A DNA stretch of 50,022 nt, counting the filler, from Stramenopiles sp. TOSAG23-3 (Eukaryota), in assembly GCA_900128585.1 (NCBI GenBank). It is 4 parts of 4 records of this genome, joined end to end, with 100 filler letters (N's around TTAATTAATTAA, not from the genome) between each part and the next. Parts side by side here need not be neighbours in the genome. Positions count along the whole stretch, not along the records: positions 48,025 to 50,022 come from LT645164.1; 3 more parts are not named here. One strand, written 5' to 3'. This document shows, piece after piece, positions 48,328 to 50,022 of the stretch; position 1 is the first letter of the stretch, and the number at the start of each line of letters is the position of its first letter. Under the pieces are notes generated by a model. That model was not told where the DNA came from, ran no database searches, and saw only the letters and a program-made list of their open reading frames with translations. A program made the position numbers and the translations under genes.

Positions 48328-49450
48328 GGCCAATCATCGACAACTCGCTTCGGTCAAAGTCGGGACTCATGGGAATCCTGCCCTCATCATCGGGCGAGAG
48401 ATCAACCGCGTCCAGGTCACAAATTTCATATTCTTTCGCCATCACCTTTTTCGTTAAGATTTGGTTATGGCGTTGAATGATAAAAAATATCATGGAAGTA
48501 ACCAGAATGCAAATGATGACGAAGAGGTACAGGAACATGCACACAACAATAAGCACAAGGAAGAAAATCGCGGCTTCTCCACCGCAGCTGCCACCACTTC
48601 CTCTACAATTGCAGCCGTTGCCCCCCCCCCCGCAATTGCAGTCGGAGCAGCAGTCTTTGCTGCTGTCCTCACCTTCGGATACGCAGCACCCTCCTTGATA
48701 ATTATATCCATAATTTCTGTATTTCGGGCAACAAACGTCGAAGAAAAGATCCGTGGTGCTCTTGGCTTCGTCGTTAATTCGTTCACGGTATTTCCCTTTT
48801 CCCATGCAAAACTTAATCACTATAGCAAAAAGGAAACAGAGCAGGAGCAACGACAAAGCAAGAAGGTAGTAGGACGTCTTCATATTTTGCGCCAGCCCTT
48901 TTGGCAAGCTGTTTAACCATTTCCCCCCTGTCGCGAAAGGCGTGCCGCACAGGTTTTCCTTATCGGACTTCGACTTCCACGCCCAAGACGTGGGTGGGGT
49001 GCACGGTGTTGGGGGGAAATGCCCCGAATCCATGTATCCAATTGCGCAGGCAAAGACAATCATAAAAGTTTGGAAGACGAGCATAGCAAGGAACGAGTCT
49101 TTGAATAGGTACCAGCGCAGCTTCCGTTTCCCCCTTTTGCTCAACTGCCCCACCGCTTCGTTCTCGGTAGCATACTTGCTTTTCCGAGTGATCCAATAGT
49201 TCTGGCCACACGTCGTGCACCTGGTGAAAGCAAACGAATTCCTGGATTCGGCTCGCAGTTCGTTCAAACATTGGCGGTGAACGTAGCGCAGCGGACCATC
49301 GCAGGCGCAAGGCTTGATCATGGTTTCCGGAGAGGATGTCTTGTAGCAGAGCCGACAATGCTTCCCCTCAGCTAAATATTGCTCCTGCCCACCAAGCAAC
49401 GCCTGTTGCAGCTGCTGCTGCTCTTGCCCCCCGTCTGGTTTTGTATTCAT
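48320..49450 (-). CDS. Membrane-associated RING-CH (RINGv/MARCH-type) E3 ubiquitin ligase
   Basis: CRLC...IKPCACDG..RYVHRQCL...FAFTRCTTC (C4HC3), three hydrophobic segments, a Cys/Gly-rich loop, and a QRHNQILTKKVMAKEY tail resembling the plant RING-CH subfamily. First ATG is at 49450. Confidence 0.9.
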   Translation of the reverse strand: MNTKPDGGQEQQQLQQALLGGQEQYLAEGKHCRLCYKTSSPETMIKPCACDGPLRYVHRQCLNELRAESRNSFAFTRCTTCGQNYWITRKSKYATENEAVGQLSKRGKRKLRWYLFKDSFLAMLVFQTFMIVFACAIGYMDSGHFPPTPCTPPTSWAWKSKSDKENLCGTPFATGGKWLNSLPKGLAQNMKTSYYLLALSLLLLCFLFAIVIKFCMGKGKYRERINDEAKSTTDLFFDVCCPKYRNYGYNYQGGCCVSEGEDSSKDCCSDCNCGGGGNGCNCRGSGGSCGGEAAIFFLVLIVVCMFLYLFVIICILVTSMIFFIIQRHNQILTKKVMAKEYEICDLDAVDLSPDDEGRIPMSPDFDRSELSMIGLV

Positions 49451-50022
49451 GTTGGTAGGTCGTCCGTTTGTTGATGTCAGGATTATTATTTGGGCCAATT
49501 GCCAGTGCGGTGAACGCAACGAAATTATTCAAACTGCTCATAACTTTAAAACAAAACAAAAATGAAAGAAACAATTCGTATTCAGTTTATTTATTATTAT
49601 AAAATACGAAGAATAGAACTAATAAAGAAGTATAGAAAAGAAGAAAGAAAGAAAGAGGTTCAAAACGGAGGGAACGAGGATGGACGGAGGACGGAAGAAG
49701 AAGAAGAAAGAAGAAAGAGAAGAAGAAGAATGAATGTCGATTATAATAATTTAATTAAAAAAATGTTTAATTTTAAATTATATAGAAATAATAAAGAAGG
49801 AAGAAATAATAAAATATCCAACCACTATTATACAGAAGAAGAAGACCCTGGAGGACCCCTCTGCCAGGTGGACAGGTGGACCGACCGACCCCTCCTCCTC
49901 CTCCTGCTGGATCGATTATAATTAATATTATTAATGGATGGATGGATGATGGAGGAAGAAGAGAAAAAAAAAGAAAAAAAAAAAAAAAATAATTTTGAAT
50001 TAAATGAAAAAATATTATGGTA

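Noticed and set aside
44865-49450. Functional clustering of CEBPZ, C2HC, 2H and RING-CH genes
   Set aside because: They lie on three different contigs joined artificially.

Overview
Eukaryotic (protist-like, plausibly a heterotrophic stramenopile/SAR flagellate; taxon is inference only) genomic DNA with apparently intronless genes and very AT-rich, microsatellite-rich spacers. The window is artificial. Four contigs (1-22888, 22989-45826, 45927-47924, 48025-50022) are joined by identical N44-TTAATTAATTAA-N44 linkers, so adjacency across linkers has no biological meaning. Contig 1 holds a 5'-truncated MORN-repeat protein that appears fused to a dynein stalk/microtubule-binding domain. It also holds a 4524-aa secreted mosaic protein (4 reelin-type subrepeats, 7 copies of an unnamed beta-domain, a long coiled coil, 7 spondin-type TSP1, 2 PSI, EGF) built by nested domain-in-domain insertions, then eIF5A and a repeat-rich degenerate region. 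Contig 2 holds a secreted RCC1-like propeller, nucleoredoxin-UBA, RECQ1-like helicase, TRAPPC9, FKBP-TPR, a CiaB/M49-like HEXXH metallopeptidase, a PKG-like kinase divergent from a PP2C, and the 3' part of CEBPZ/Noc1. Contig 3 holds a partial C2HC zinc-finger gene and a partial AKAP7-like 2H phosphoesterase. Contig 4 holds a RING-CH E3 ligase. A dispersed repeat recurs only in convergent 3'-3' gene gaps. No tRNA, rRNA or CRISPR array was seen. All family calls come from motif recognition by eye, not database searches.
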